A stretch of DNA of 64,000 bases, taken from a virus (lineage: Duplodnaviria > Caudoviricetes). Position numbers and translations under genes: made by a program. Shown here one piece after another: positions 19,944 through 26,332 of the stretch (positions within the stretch are counted from its first letter, which is position 1; each line of letters opens with the position of its first letter). The notes beneath the pieces are model-generated. The model did not search any database and had not been told where the DNA came from. It worked only from the letters and a program-made list of their open reading frames with translations. The stretch is taken from positions 66,356-130,355 of the IMG/VR virus record IMGVR_UViG_3300037067_007160. The stretch is one strand, 5' to 3'.

Positions 19944-19956
19944 GTGTTGTAGGGAA

Positions 19957-20013
19957 TCCGTGGATCCTCTCGCATAGAGCGAGTGCTGGTAAGACCGGCG
20001 GTGAAACCACGGG
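19957..20013 (+). ncRNA. Unassigned three-way-junction RNA element
   Basis: CCGTGG/CCACGG enclosing CTCGC-ATAGA-GCGAG and GCTGGT-AAG-ACCGGC. Confidence 0.45.
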
Positions 20014-20015
20014 CT

Positions 20016-20093
20016 GCTCATGTGGCGCAATTGGCAGACGCATCCGGCTTAGAACCGGAAATCCTGCAGGTTCGACTCCTGTCATGAGCACCA
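20016..20093 (+). tRNA. tRNA-Leu(TAG), short variable region
   Basis: GCTCATG/CATGAGC, TCCGG-CTTAGAA-CCGGA. Confidence 0.9.
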
Positions 20094-20109
20094 GATTTGA
20101 GGAGGTTAT

Positions 20110-20205
20110 ATGGATATTGAAGAGTTCGTTAGGTCACAAGTTGACCTACCAGAAGACTTTAAGAAATTACTTGAGGAGAACTTCTGGAATCTGATTCTTG
20201 AATGA
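20110..20205 (+). CDS. Small hypothetical protein (31 aa)
   Basis: GAGGAGG RBS; MDIEEFVRSQVDLPEDFKKLLEENFWNLILE. Confidence 0.55.
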   Translation: MDIEEFVRSQVDLPEDFKKLLEENFWNLILE

Positions 20206-20209
20206 TTTT

Positions 20210-20286
20210 GCCTCATTGGTGTAGCGGCTTGCATGCTTCCCTGTCAAGGAAGAGGCTGGCGGGTTCGACTCCCGCATGGGGCGCCA
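20210..20286 (+). tRNA. tRNA-Asp(GTC)
   Basis: CTTCC-CTGTCAA-GGAAG, GCCA end. Confidence 0.9.
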
Positions 20287-20296
20287 GATAGTAATT

Positions 20297-20382
20297 GGGC
20301 TTGTGGTGGAATGGCAGACACGTGCGCTTGAGGTGCGCATGGCCGCAAGGTCGTGGAGGTTCGACTCCTCTCAAGCCCACCA
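20297..20382 (+). tRNA. tRNA-Leu(GAG)
   Basis: TGCGC-TTGAGGT-GCGCA, long variable arm. Confidence 0.92.
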
Positions 20383-20383
20383 T

Positions 20384-20471
20384 GGAGAGTTGGGTGAGAG
20401 GCTTATACCAGAGGTTTGCTAAACCTCCGAGCCGCAAGGCTCCACAGGTTCGAATCCTGTACTCTCCACCA
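20384..20471 (+). tRNA. tRNA-Ser(GCT)
   Basis: GAGGT-TTGCTAA-ACCTC, long variable arm. Confidence 0.92.
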
Positions 20472-20477
20472 GATTTT

Positions 20478-20555
20478 GCGCCTGTCGTACAAATGGAAAG
20501 TACACTCGGCCTTTAACCGAGACTAGTGTGGGATCATACCCCACCAGGCGCACCA
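20478..20555 (+). tRNA. tRNA-Lys(TTT), C33 and atypical T-loop
   Basis: CTCGG-CCTTTAA-CCGAG; T-loop ATCATAC. Confidence 0.85.
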
Positions 20556-20571
20556 GATTTATGGGAGAAAT

Positions 20572-20886
20572 ATGGATAAAAGAACATATAAAGATAGAAG
20601 AGAATATCTCATAAAAGCAGTAAAGAGAAGAAGACGAGAATTAAGAAAACAAGCAGTGAATTATGCTGGAGGAAAGTGCATTTTATGCAATTATAATAAA
20701 TGCTTACATGCACTAGAATTTCATCATAAAGATCCAACACAGAAAGATTTTGGAATATCAAATGGTAATTGTAATAGTTGGAATAGAATGAGGAATGAAA
20801 TTGATAAATGTATTCTAGTCTGTGCAAATTGTCATAGAGAAATACATGAGAAATTGGCGTCTACCCATCAAGGTGACGGGTCCTGA
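20572..20886 (+). CDS. HNH endonuclease; stop codon inside tRNA-Asn
   Basis: CILC..LEFHHKDP..KCILVCANCHRE. Confidence 0.85.
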   Translation: MDKRTYKDRREYLIKAVKRRRRELRKQAVNYAGGKCILCNYNKCLHALEFHHKDPTQKDFGISNGNCNSWNRMRNEIDKCILVCANCHREIHEKLASTHQGDGS

Positions 20887-20932
20887 CTGTTAATCAGGCA
20901 CAAGGGTGGTTCGATCCCACCGACGCCAGCCA
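20855..20932 (+). tRNA. tRNA-Asn(GTT)
   Basis: TGGCGTC/GACGCCA, CCTGA-CTGTTAA-TCAGG. Confidence 0.85.
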
Positions 20933-20950
20933 AATTTAGGAGATATATAT

Positions 20951-21385
20951 ATGCATCTAACATACACAAAAGCACAATTAGCATCACTTAAAGTTCAAAT
21001 GTGGGCTAATCAATTAGGATATGTCGTTTCAATACCAACTGTTGAATCTAGATATGATATTCTTGTTGATGTTGATGGAAAAATATTTCGTTGTCAAGTT
21101 AAGTATGCTGGAAGAAAGCTTACAAGTGGGGCAACAGAGTTGGATCTTCGTAAAGAGACAAGAAATAATGGGAAAAAAAGATTATATACGAAAGATGAGA
21201 TAGATGTTATTCTTGTATATGTTCCTGAAGAAGACAAGGTTCTTTGGATTGATCATTCTAAATTTCATAATAGAAAAAGTCTAACAATTAGACATATTGA
21301 GAATACAAAATGTAAACAAGATTCAATATTTGTTAACGATTATATATGGGTCCAGAGCTCGGTTGGTAGAGCAGACGCCTCTTAA
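20951..21385 (+). CDS. PD-(D/E)XK homing-type endonuclease; stop codon inside tRNA-Lys(CTT)
   Basis: VSIP..RYDILVD..RCQVKY..Y...EID motif; AGGAG RBS before ATG 20951. Confidence 0.82.
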   Translation: MHLTYTKAQLASLKVQMWANQLGYVVSIPTVESRYDILVDVDGKIFRCQVKYAGRKLTSGATELDLRKETRNNGKKRLYTKDEIDVILVYVPEEDKVLWIDHSKFHNRKSLTIRHIENTKCKQDSIFVNDYIWVQSSVGRADAS

Positions 21386-21423
21386 GCGTAAGGTCGTGGG
21401 TTCGATTCCCACTGGTCCCACCA
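21348..21423 (+). tRNA. tRNA-Lys(CTT)
   Basis: ACGC-CTCTTAA-GCGT, TTCGATT loop, ACCA. Confidence 0.88.
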
Positions 21424-21430
21424 ATTTGTT

Positions 21431-21458
21431 GTGGGTCCAACTCCCACTCGACGCACCA
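21431..21458 (+). pseudogene. Orphan tRNA 3' remnant (T-arm, acceptor strand, ACCA)
   Basis: GTGGG-TCCAACT-CCCAC-TCGACGC-ACCA with no matching 5' half. Confidence 0.7.
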
Positions 21459-21463
21459 GATTT

Positions 21464-21539
21464 GGCCTTATAGTGAAATTGAATATCACATCTCCGTCCT
21501 AAGGAGAAGTTTTCGGTTTGAGTCCGAATAAGGCCGCCA
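21464..21539 (+). tRNA. tRNA-Arg(CCT)
   Basis: TCTCC-GTCCTAA-GGAGA. Confidence 0.88.
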
Positions 21540-21554
21540 GATATAGGAGTCTTC

Positions 21555-21923
21555 ATGAACAAGATACCACTAGTCTCAGTAACCAAAGATGACTTGGAAA
21601 TACAGACGTTTAGATGTGGAGGAAAAGGTGGCCAGCATCAGAATAAGACAGAAAGTGGAGTAAGAATTATTCATCCTCCATCTGGAGTAACAGTAGAGTC
21701 AAGAGAGGAACGGTCACAGGCACAGAACAAGGCTATTGCATTTAAGAGACTTACTACTAATAAGAAGTTTCTATTATGGTTAAAGATGGAATCGGCTAGG
21801 AAGATGGGCATCCTTGAAGATATTAATAGGGCAGTTGATAGGATGATGGATCCAAAGAATATAAAGACCGAAGTTAAAGAAGATGAGAAATGGGTAGAGA
21901 AGGAATTAGCGGGTGTGGTGTAA
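21555..21923 (+). CDS. Stand-alone RF-1-domain peptidyl-tRNA hydrolase (ArfB-like ribosome rescue factor)
   Basis: FRCGGKGGQHQNKTESGVRIIHPPSG..ERSQAQNK; lacks codon-recognition domains. Confidence 0.88.
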   Translation: MNKIPLVSVTKDDLEIQTFRCGGKGGQHQNKTESGVRIIHPPSGVTVESREERSQAQNKAIAFKRLTTNKKFLLWLKMESARKMGILEDINRAVDRMMDPKNIKTEVKEDEKWVEKELAGVV

Positions 21924-21982
21924 TGGTAGCATGAGACCCTTCCAAGGTCCAGGTACGAGTTCGAGTCTCGTCATCCGCTCCA
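21909..21982 (+). tRNA. tRNA-Gly(TCC)
   Basis: GCGGGTG/CATCCGC, CTTCCAA loop, TCCA. Confidence 0.9.
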
Positions 21983-21987
21983 GTTTT

Positions 21988-22059
21988 GACGGTGTAGCCT
22001 AATGGCTAGGCAACGGATTGCAAACCCGTTTTATGCTGGTTCGATTCCAGCTGCCGTCT
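21988..22059 (+). tRNA. tRNA-Cys(GCA) with substituted 3' acceptor strand, no encoded CCA
   Basis: TTGCAAA loop; GACGGTG/TGCCGTC; perfect 3' end CACCGTCTCCA displaced to 22485-22495. Confidence 0.85.
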
Positions 22060-22078
22060 CATTTTAGGGGTATTATAA

Positions 22079-22483
22079 TTGTTAAATAATAATAAGAAGA
22101 ATATACAACTCGAAATGAAATATGGAACAGCTTGTAATAAACTTAGAAAACTAATACTATTCACATTAGTTAAAGAAACAAAGAGAAATATATGTTATCA
22201 ATGTAAAAAAGAAATAACAAGTATCGATGATTTCACAATAGAACATAAGATTCCTTGGTTAGATAGTTTGGAACCAAAGAAATTGTTCTTTAGTATTGAT
22301 AATATTGGATTTTCTCACTATAAATGTAATATACGAGTTGCAAGAAAGATAAACAAGAAATATGCAACAAGAAATCAACGAGTAAGAGAATCTAGTAAAA
22401 GAATAAGAGATAGAATAAGGAAAACTAATCCAGAATTACTTAGACAGATTAGAAGAGAACAATATAGAAGGACAGGAAATTAA
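22079..22483 (+). CDS. HNH-like endonuclease, paralog of 17493 ORF
   Basis: GTACNKLRK..CYQC..TIEHKIPW..NIGFSHYKCN. Confidence 0.8.
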   Translation: MLNNNKKNIQLEMKYGTACNKLRKLILFTLVKETKRNICYQCKKEITSIDDFTIEHKIPWLDSLEPKKLFFSIDNIGFSHYKCNIRVARKINKKYATRNQRVRESSKRIRDRIRKTNPELLRQIRREQYRRTGN

Positions 22484-22496
22484 TCACCGTCTCCAT

Positions 22497-22590
22497 GGAA
22501 GAGCTGACCGAAGGCTGGCGCCGGTAGCTGTCTCGAAAACAGTCAGTCCAATGATTGGACCTGTGGGATCGTTCCCCACCTCTTCCGCCA
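22497..22590 (+). tRNA. tRNA-Ser(CGA)
   Basis: GCTGT-CTCGAAA-ACAGT, long variable arm, GCCA. Confidence 0.85.
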
Positions 22591-22600
22591 GATTTTAGAT

Positions 22601-22676
22601 GGACCTTTGGTGTAGGTGGTGTGCACGTCTGTCTGAAGCACAGAAGGAATCCGTTCGACTCGGATAGGGTCCACCA
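22601..22676 (+). tRNA. tRNA-Phe(GAA)
   Basis: TCTGT-CTGAAGC-ACAGA. Confidence 0.88.
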
Positions 22677-22682
22677 GAATAT

Positions 22683-22781
22683 GCGCCCGTTGACTAACGG
22701 TGAAGTCTCCCGCCTTATAAGCGGGCAAGTCAGGTCCTAGATTGGGGCCTCATCCAGGTTCGAATCCTGGCGGGCGTACCA
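22683..22781 (+). tRNA. tRNA-Ile(TAT) with very long variable arm
   Basis: CCCGC-CTTATAA-GCGGG; 28-nt variable region with 8-bp stem. Confidence 0.8.
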
Positions 22782-22789
22782 AGTTTAGT

Positions 22790-22802
22790 TGTTCTTTGAC
22801 AA
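22790..22802 (+). promoter_or_regulatory. Second boxA-like element
   Basis: TGTTCTTTGACAA followed by the same TATGGGCCTG as at the tmRNA. Confidence 0.55.
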
Positions 22803-22805
22803 TAT

Positions 22806-22880
22806 GGGCCTGTGGTGTAATTGCGAGCATTGATCCCCTGCAAGGATTAGGCGAGGGTTGGAATCCCTCCAGGTCCACCA
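22806..22880 (+). tRNA. tRNA-Ala(TGC), C33
   Basis: GGGCCTG/CAGGTCC G3:U70; GATCC-CCTGCAA-GGATT. Confidence 0.88.
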
Positions 22881-22884
22881 ATTT

Positions 22885-22959
22885 ACCCCTGTGGTGAAAC
22901 GAATATCATTTTGCGCTTCGAACGCAAAGTTGCGGGTTTGAATCCTGTCAGGGGTGCCA
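22885..22959 (+). tRNA. tRNA-Arg(TCG)
   Basis: TTGCG-CTTCGAA-CGCAA. Confidence 0.88.
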
Positions 22960-22960
22960 T

Positions 22961-23035
22961 GGGCCTATAGTGTAATGGATAGCACAAGACTCTACGAAAG
23001 TCTAAGTGATGGTTCAAGTCCATCTAGGCCCGCCA
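22961..23035 (+). tRNA. tRNA-Arg(ACG)
   Basis: AGACT-CTACGAA-AGTCT. Confidence 0.9.
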
Positions 23036-23043
23036 AATTTTAT

Positions 23044-23118
23044 CTAGCTGTAGCGTAATTGGTAGCGTCCACCGTTTGGGGCGGTGTGGTGAGAGTTCAA
23101 GTCTCTCCAGCTAGACCA
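23044..23118 (+). tRNA. tRNA-Pro(TGG)
   Basis: CACCG-TTTGGGG-CGGTG. Confidence 0.9.
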
Positions 23119-23135
23119 GTTTATGGGAGGAAGAA

Positions 23136-23327
23136 ATGAATAGGGGTAAAGTTGCTACAATTATAATTAAAGAAAAGAATGGGAGAAAATTACAGTTTGA
23201 TGTATCAGGTTACTCATATCGTTTCTCTAGGAAGAAAGTTCCAGTATTTGGAGTGACAGAGTTAGATCATATTATTATTGGTCCAGGAAAACTAACTATT
23301 TCAGCAAGATTACCTGCACCAAAATAA
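23136..23327 (+). CDS. Hypothetical protein (63 aa)
   Basis: GGGAGG RBS. Confidence 0.6.
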   Translation: MNRGKVATIIIKEKNGRKLQFDVSGYSYRFSRKKVPVFGVTELDHIIIGPGKLTISARLPAPK

Positions 23328-23390
23328 GATTTATAGATGTAGCACTTTTGTAAGAAAAATGTAGACGTTTTCCTTACAAAAATGTAGAAT

Positions 23391-23466
23391 GCTAATGTAG
23401 CACAATTGGCTGTGCACTTTCTTGGTAAGAAAGAGGATGTGGGTTCGAATCCCATCATTAGCTCCA
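23391..23466 (+). tRNA. tRNA-Thr(GGT)
   Basis: CTTTC-TTGGTAA-GAAAG. Confidence 0.9.
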
Positions 23467-23471
23467 GATTT

Positions 23472-23546
23472 GCCGATGTAGCTCAATGGTAGAGCAGTCG
23501 CTTTGTAAGCGAAAGGTTGGAGGTTCAAGTCCTCTCTTCGGCTCCA
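23472..23546 (+). tRNA. tRNA-Thr(TGT)
   Basis: TCGC-TTTGTAA-GCGA. Confidence 0.9.
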
Positions 23547-23551
23547 GATTT

Positions 23552-23743
23552 ATGAAGATCATAGAGACTATAAAAAGGTTCTGTATTAGACATCCAAAGT
23601 TGGCCCGTGTAGGTTGGACCTGGAGTCTACCAACTTTCAGTAAGAAGAATGAACCAGTAGAACATGAGGAAAGAAAGGTAGTAGCCCATTATTGTTGGTG
23701 TGGTCATTGTCATTGGGATCCACCTACTTGTTGTCAGAAGTAG
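23552..23743 (+). CDS. Small Cys/His-rich protein
   Basis: HYCWCGHCH..CC; ATG 23552 (track start lies inside a tRNA). Confidence 0.5.
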   Translation: MKIIETIKRFCIRHPKLARVGWTWSLPTFSKKNEPVEHEERKVVAHYCWCGHCHWDPPTCCQK

Positions 23744-23747
23744 ATTT

Positions 23748-23834
23748 GCCGCGTTGGCAGAGTGGTCTATCGCAGCTGACTGTAAATCAGCCGGACTATG
23801 TCCTTCGGTGGTTCGAATCCACCACGTGGCACCA
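23748..23834 (+). tRNA. tRNA-Tyr(GTA)
   Basis: GCTGA-CTGTAAA-TCAGC, variable arm. Confidence 0.92.
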
Positions 23835-23876
23835 TATTTGGTTCGCGAAGCCAAGCTAGAGCTTAAGATATAATTT

Positions 23877-23956
23877 GGCCATAACCACAAATCCTGGTGG
23901 TATTAGGCAAGTAAGCGTTGGTCCAGGAATCCAACGGACTATAAGTCCTGTAGCCA
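23877..23956 (+). ncRNA. Unassigned tRNA-sized four-way-junction RNA with possible kissing loops
   Basis: Closing stem GGCCATA/TGTAGCC; hairpins ACCAC/GTGGT, GTTGG/CCAAC, GGACT/AGTCC; TCCTG/CAGGA loop complementarity. Confidence 0.5.
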
Positions 23957-23960
23957 AATT

Positions 23961-24034
23961 GCGGGTGTAGTATAAAGGTAGTACGACACGTTGCCAACGT
24001 GTAGGCGCCGGATCGTTACCGGTCACCCGCTCCA
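23961..24034 (+). tRNA. tRNA-Gly(GCC)
   Basis: ACACG-TTGCCAA-CGTGT; T-loop ATCGTTA. Confidence 0.88.
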
Positions 24035-24042
24035 AGTTTATC

Positions 24043-24116
24043 GGGGTCGTGATGCAACTGGCAGACATCGAAAGCTCAAACCTTTCGTCCTGTGGGTTCG
24101 AGTCCCACTGACCCTA
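24043..24116 (+). tRNA. tRNA-Leu(CAA), short variable region, no encoded CCA
   Basis: GAAAG-CTCAAAC-CTTTC. Confidence 0.85.
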
Positions 24117-24202
24117 CGGTCCTGTAGCTCAAGTGACAGAGACAAATGTTACTATTGACATATAGTTCTGTTTAAGATATAATCTTGGTAGGAGGTCAGA
24201 TC

Positions 24203-24655
24203 ATGAATCCACCAAGATATTTACATCTGAAAGAACAAGTGATACATCTTCGTAAGCAAGGATTTGGTTATAGGTCAATTTCAAACAAGCTTAATAATAC
24301 CATTCCATGGAGTTCTGTAAGAAGACTAGTAATTGGAATGCGTAGTAATCCAAGACTAGCTTATCTAATGGCGACTGAATACTCTCAAAGGAGACCAAAG
24401 GAATGGAATGATATACGAACAATGAGAGTTCGTCGTTTGTATCTTATTCAAGAACGTGGTCATAAATGTGAAAGCTGTAATTTAAGTTTCTGGAAAAATC
24501 ATACTATTCCACTAGAACTTGAGCATAAGGATGGATGTAGAACTAATAATAGTAAATCTAATTTAGAGTTATTATGTCCTAATTGCCATGTTTTTACTCC
24601 TTATTATAAAGGAAAGAATACTTCATCTTTTCGAAGTAGGGCGAGTGTGGTGTAA
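24203..24655 (+). CDS. HTH + HNH endonuclease; stop codon inside tRNA-Leu(TAA)
   Basis: KCESC..LELEHKDG..NNSKSNLELLCPNCH; GGAGG RBS. Confidence 0.88.
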   Translation: MNPPRYLHLKEQVIHLRKQGFGYRSISNKLNNTIPWSSVRRLVIGMRSNPRLAYLMATEYSQRRPKEWNDIRTMRVRRLYLIQERGHKCESCNLSFWKNHTIPLELEHKDGCRTNNSKSNLELLCPNCHVFTPYYKGKNTSSFRSRASVV

Positions 24656-24717
24656 CTGGCAAACACTCTGATCTTAAAAATCAGATCTTGTGAGTTCGAA
24701 TCTCATCACTCGCACCA
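24641..24717 (+). tRNA. tRNA-Leu(TAA), short variable region
   Basis: GCGAGTG/CACTCGC, CTGAT-CTTAAAA-ATCAG. Confidence 0.88.
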
Positions 24718-24783
24718 ATTTAATATTAGCGAACTAGTGTCGGTTCGAGTCCGACCAGGACTACCATATTTATGGGAGGATGT

Positions 24784-24918
24784 ATGAAGAAAGACACATT
24801 AAGATGCCCATATTGTAAGGGTGATATGAGGCATTCGAAACCGGATCAGAACGGAAACGTAATTTGGAATTGTGACTATTGTAAAGCAACATTAGCTGAT
24901 AAAATATCCACCAAGTAA
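24784..24918 (+). CDS. Small zinc-ribbon protein (44 aa)
   Basis: CPYC..WNCDYC; GGGAGG RBS. Confidence 0.6.
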   Translation: MKKDTLRCPYCKGDMRHSKPDQNGNVIWNCDYCKATLADKISTK

Positions 24919-24921
24919 AAT

Positions 24922-25176
24922 ATGGCAGCGATACTAGGCTGGATCTCTACCATCATCTTCTCAGTCTGTATCCTACCACAGATCTGGAAGACTTGGAAGA
25001 GTAAGAGGGCTGATGATATCAGTATTGTCTCATGGCTCATGTTCTTTACTGGTAACGTAACCGCCCTAATATATGCTATAATGATAGTCCAATGGCCGCT
25101 GATCATTAAGTACGTTTTCGCACTTGCTGCATCTTTTCTATTGACAGTATTATGTTTATTGTATAAAAGGAGGTAG
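24922..25176 (+). CDS. PQ-loop/SemiSWEET-family membrane protein
   Basis: LPQIWKTWKSKRADDIS motif, three TM helices. Confidence 0.82.
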   Translation: MAAILGWISTIIFSVCILPQIWKTWKSKRADDISIVSWLMFFTGNVTALIYAIMIVQWPLIIKYVFALAASFLLTVLCLLYKRR

Positions 25177-25177
25177 C

Positions 25178-25402
25178 ATGCTCATGAAAGCGAAAGTAAA
25201 AGAATGGTTCCTTGGAAAGGCACTGAAGAAGGTTGCATCACAGGTTGCCATATTCGCGGTCGCCATAGTAGCGGCCGTCAACGCCAAGAACCTTGGAGTA
25301 AATATTAACATTGATCCTGATGTGCTGGCTGGATCCGTCTTCGCTGGTCTTCAGCTATTGCGCAACTTCCTCAAGACAAAGTATAATGTAGACTGGCTTT
25401 AA
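25178..25402 (+). CDS. Small membrane protein (holin-like)
   Basis: Two hydrophobic segments; AGGAGG RBS. Confidence 0.55.
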   Translation: MLMKAKVKEWFLGKALKKVASQVAIFAVAIVAAVNAKNLGVNINIDPDVLAGSVFAGLQLLRNFLKTKYNVDWL

Positions 25403-25412
25403 CATTCTCAAT

Positions 25413-25486
25413 GGCTCCGCAGCTCGAAGGTCGAGCATCCGGCCTACATCCGGAAGGGGCTGGTTCAATTCCAGCCGGGGTCACCA
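25413..25486 (+). tRNA. tRNA-Val(TAC), C33
   Basis: TCCGG-CCTACAT-CCGGA. Confidence 0.88.
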
Positions 25487-25557
25487 ACTTTGCGCTCAAA
25501 GCTCATATGGCTGAGCATATGTCGATAACTGTGATATAATTTAACTAGGAGGATATC

Positions 25558-25965
25558 ATGGATAAGACATGTGTTCTTTGTTGGAATAAAGTAAAGAAGT
25601 ATAGATCTGATATATGTGGATCATGTATGGTTTTAATACGGAGACTTCGTCTAAAACTTGCGTGTATAAAGTTACTTCATGGAAAATGTTTCAAATGCGG
25701 AATGATCGCAACATTGAAAAATCTAGGAGCATTTCAGTTTCATCATAAAGATCCAAGTGAGAAGAAGTTCCAGTTATCATTTGGTACATACTCTTGGGAT
25801 AAAATAAAAGAAGAAGCAAGAAAATGTGAACTTTGGTGTGCTAATTGTCATTCTATTAATCATGCAACAACATACACAGAAGAAAAGATTAATAGAGCTA
25901 TACGTTTTTGTGGAACTGAAGATATACATAATCTTGTAGCAGAATGGAAAATTATTGGCTCGTAG
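25558..25965 (+). CDS. HNH endonuclease; stop codon inside tRNA-Ile(GAT)
   Basis: KCFKC..FQFHHKDP..KCELWCANCH. Confidence 0.85.
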   Translation: MDKTCVLCWNKVKKYRSDICGSCMVLIRRLRLKLACIKLLHGKCFKCGMIATLKNLGAFQFHHKDPSEKKFQLSFGTYSWDKIKEEARKCELWCANCHSINHATTYTEEKINRAIRFCGTEDIHNLVAEWKIIGS

Positions 25966-26029
25966 CTTAATGGTCAAGCCATCGCTCGATAAGCGATAGA
26001 TGTGGGTTCGATTCCCAACGGGCCAACCA
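25956..26029 (+). tRNA. tRNA-Ile(GAT), cassette-borne, C33
   Basis: TGGCTCG/CGGGCCA, ATCGC-TCGATAA-GCGAT. Confidence 0.85.
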
Positions 26030-26093
26030 ATATGATAACCGGGAGATAGCAGGTTCGAATCCTGCTGGGCGCACCAAATACGGAGGACGCATA

Positions 26094-26129
26094 ATGGCGA
26101 AGAAGAAACCTCGTGGTGGCTGTAAGTAG
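26094..26129 (+). CDS. Possible micropeptide MAKKKPRGGCK
   Basis: GGAGG RBS; followed by hairpin ACTCCCC..GGGGAGT. Confidence 0.35.
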   Translation: MAKKKPRGGCK

Positions 26130-26163
26130 ATAGAAGACTCCCCTCAACTTGGGGGAGTTACTT

Positions 26164-26236
26164 TGCGGAGTCATTCAATGGTAGGATGTCGCTCTCTGAA
26201 AGCGATAACGTTGGTTCAACTCCAGCCTCCGCAGCC
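26164..26236 (+). tRNA. tRNA-Gln(CTG)
   Basis: TCGCT-CTCTGAA-AGCGA. Confidence 0.88.
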
Positions 26237-26327
26237 GGAAGATTGGCCGAGTGGTTTAAGGCACTCGTCTTGAAAACGAGAGGACCTGATGAAGGTTCCA
26301 CTGGTTCGAATCCAGTATCTTCCGCCA
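26237..26327 (+). tRNA. tRNA-Ser(TGA)
   Basis: CTCGT-CTTGAAA-ACGAG, long variable arm. Confidence 0.92.
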
Positions 26328-26332
26328 ATTTT

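Larger units (their letters stand above)
24142..24727 (+). mobile_element. Promoter + HNH + tRNA-Leu(TAA) cassette inserted in a tRNA gene
   Basis: Lies between the two halves; carries TTGACA-17-TATAAT at 24155-24183. Confidence 0.75.
24118..24766 (+). pseudogene. Disrupted tRNA of unknown identity: 5' half 24118-24141, 3' half about 24728-24766
   Basis: GGTCCTG-TA-GCTC..GAG pairs with distal GTCGG-TTCGAGT-CCGAC-CAGGACT-ACCA; anticodon arm lost. Confidence 0.8.
25518..26032 (+). mobile_element. Promoter + HNH + replacement tRNA-Ile(GAT) cassette
   Basis: TGATATAAT 25532-25540, AGGAGG RBS, HNH, tRNA. Confidence 0.8.
25492..26076 (+). pseudogene. Disrupted tRNA-Ile(GAT): 5' half 25492-25517, 3' half 26033-26076
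   Basis: GCGCTCA plus D-arm pairs with TGATAA-CCGGG..TTCGAAT..TGGGCGC-ACCA; 5' anticodon-stem strand missing. Confidence 0.85.

Noticed and set aside
23346-23382. AT-rich inverted repeat with ATGTAG repeats
   Set aside because: Most simply a terminator or processing hairpin; too short for an array
26286-26292. CTGATGA hammerhead core
   Set aside because: Lies in the tRNA-Ser(TGA) variable arm with no matching GAAA or stems
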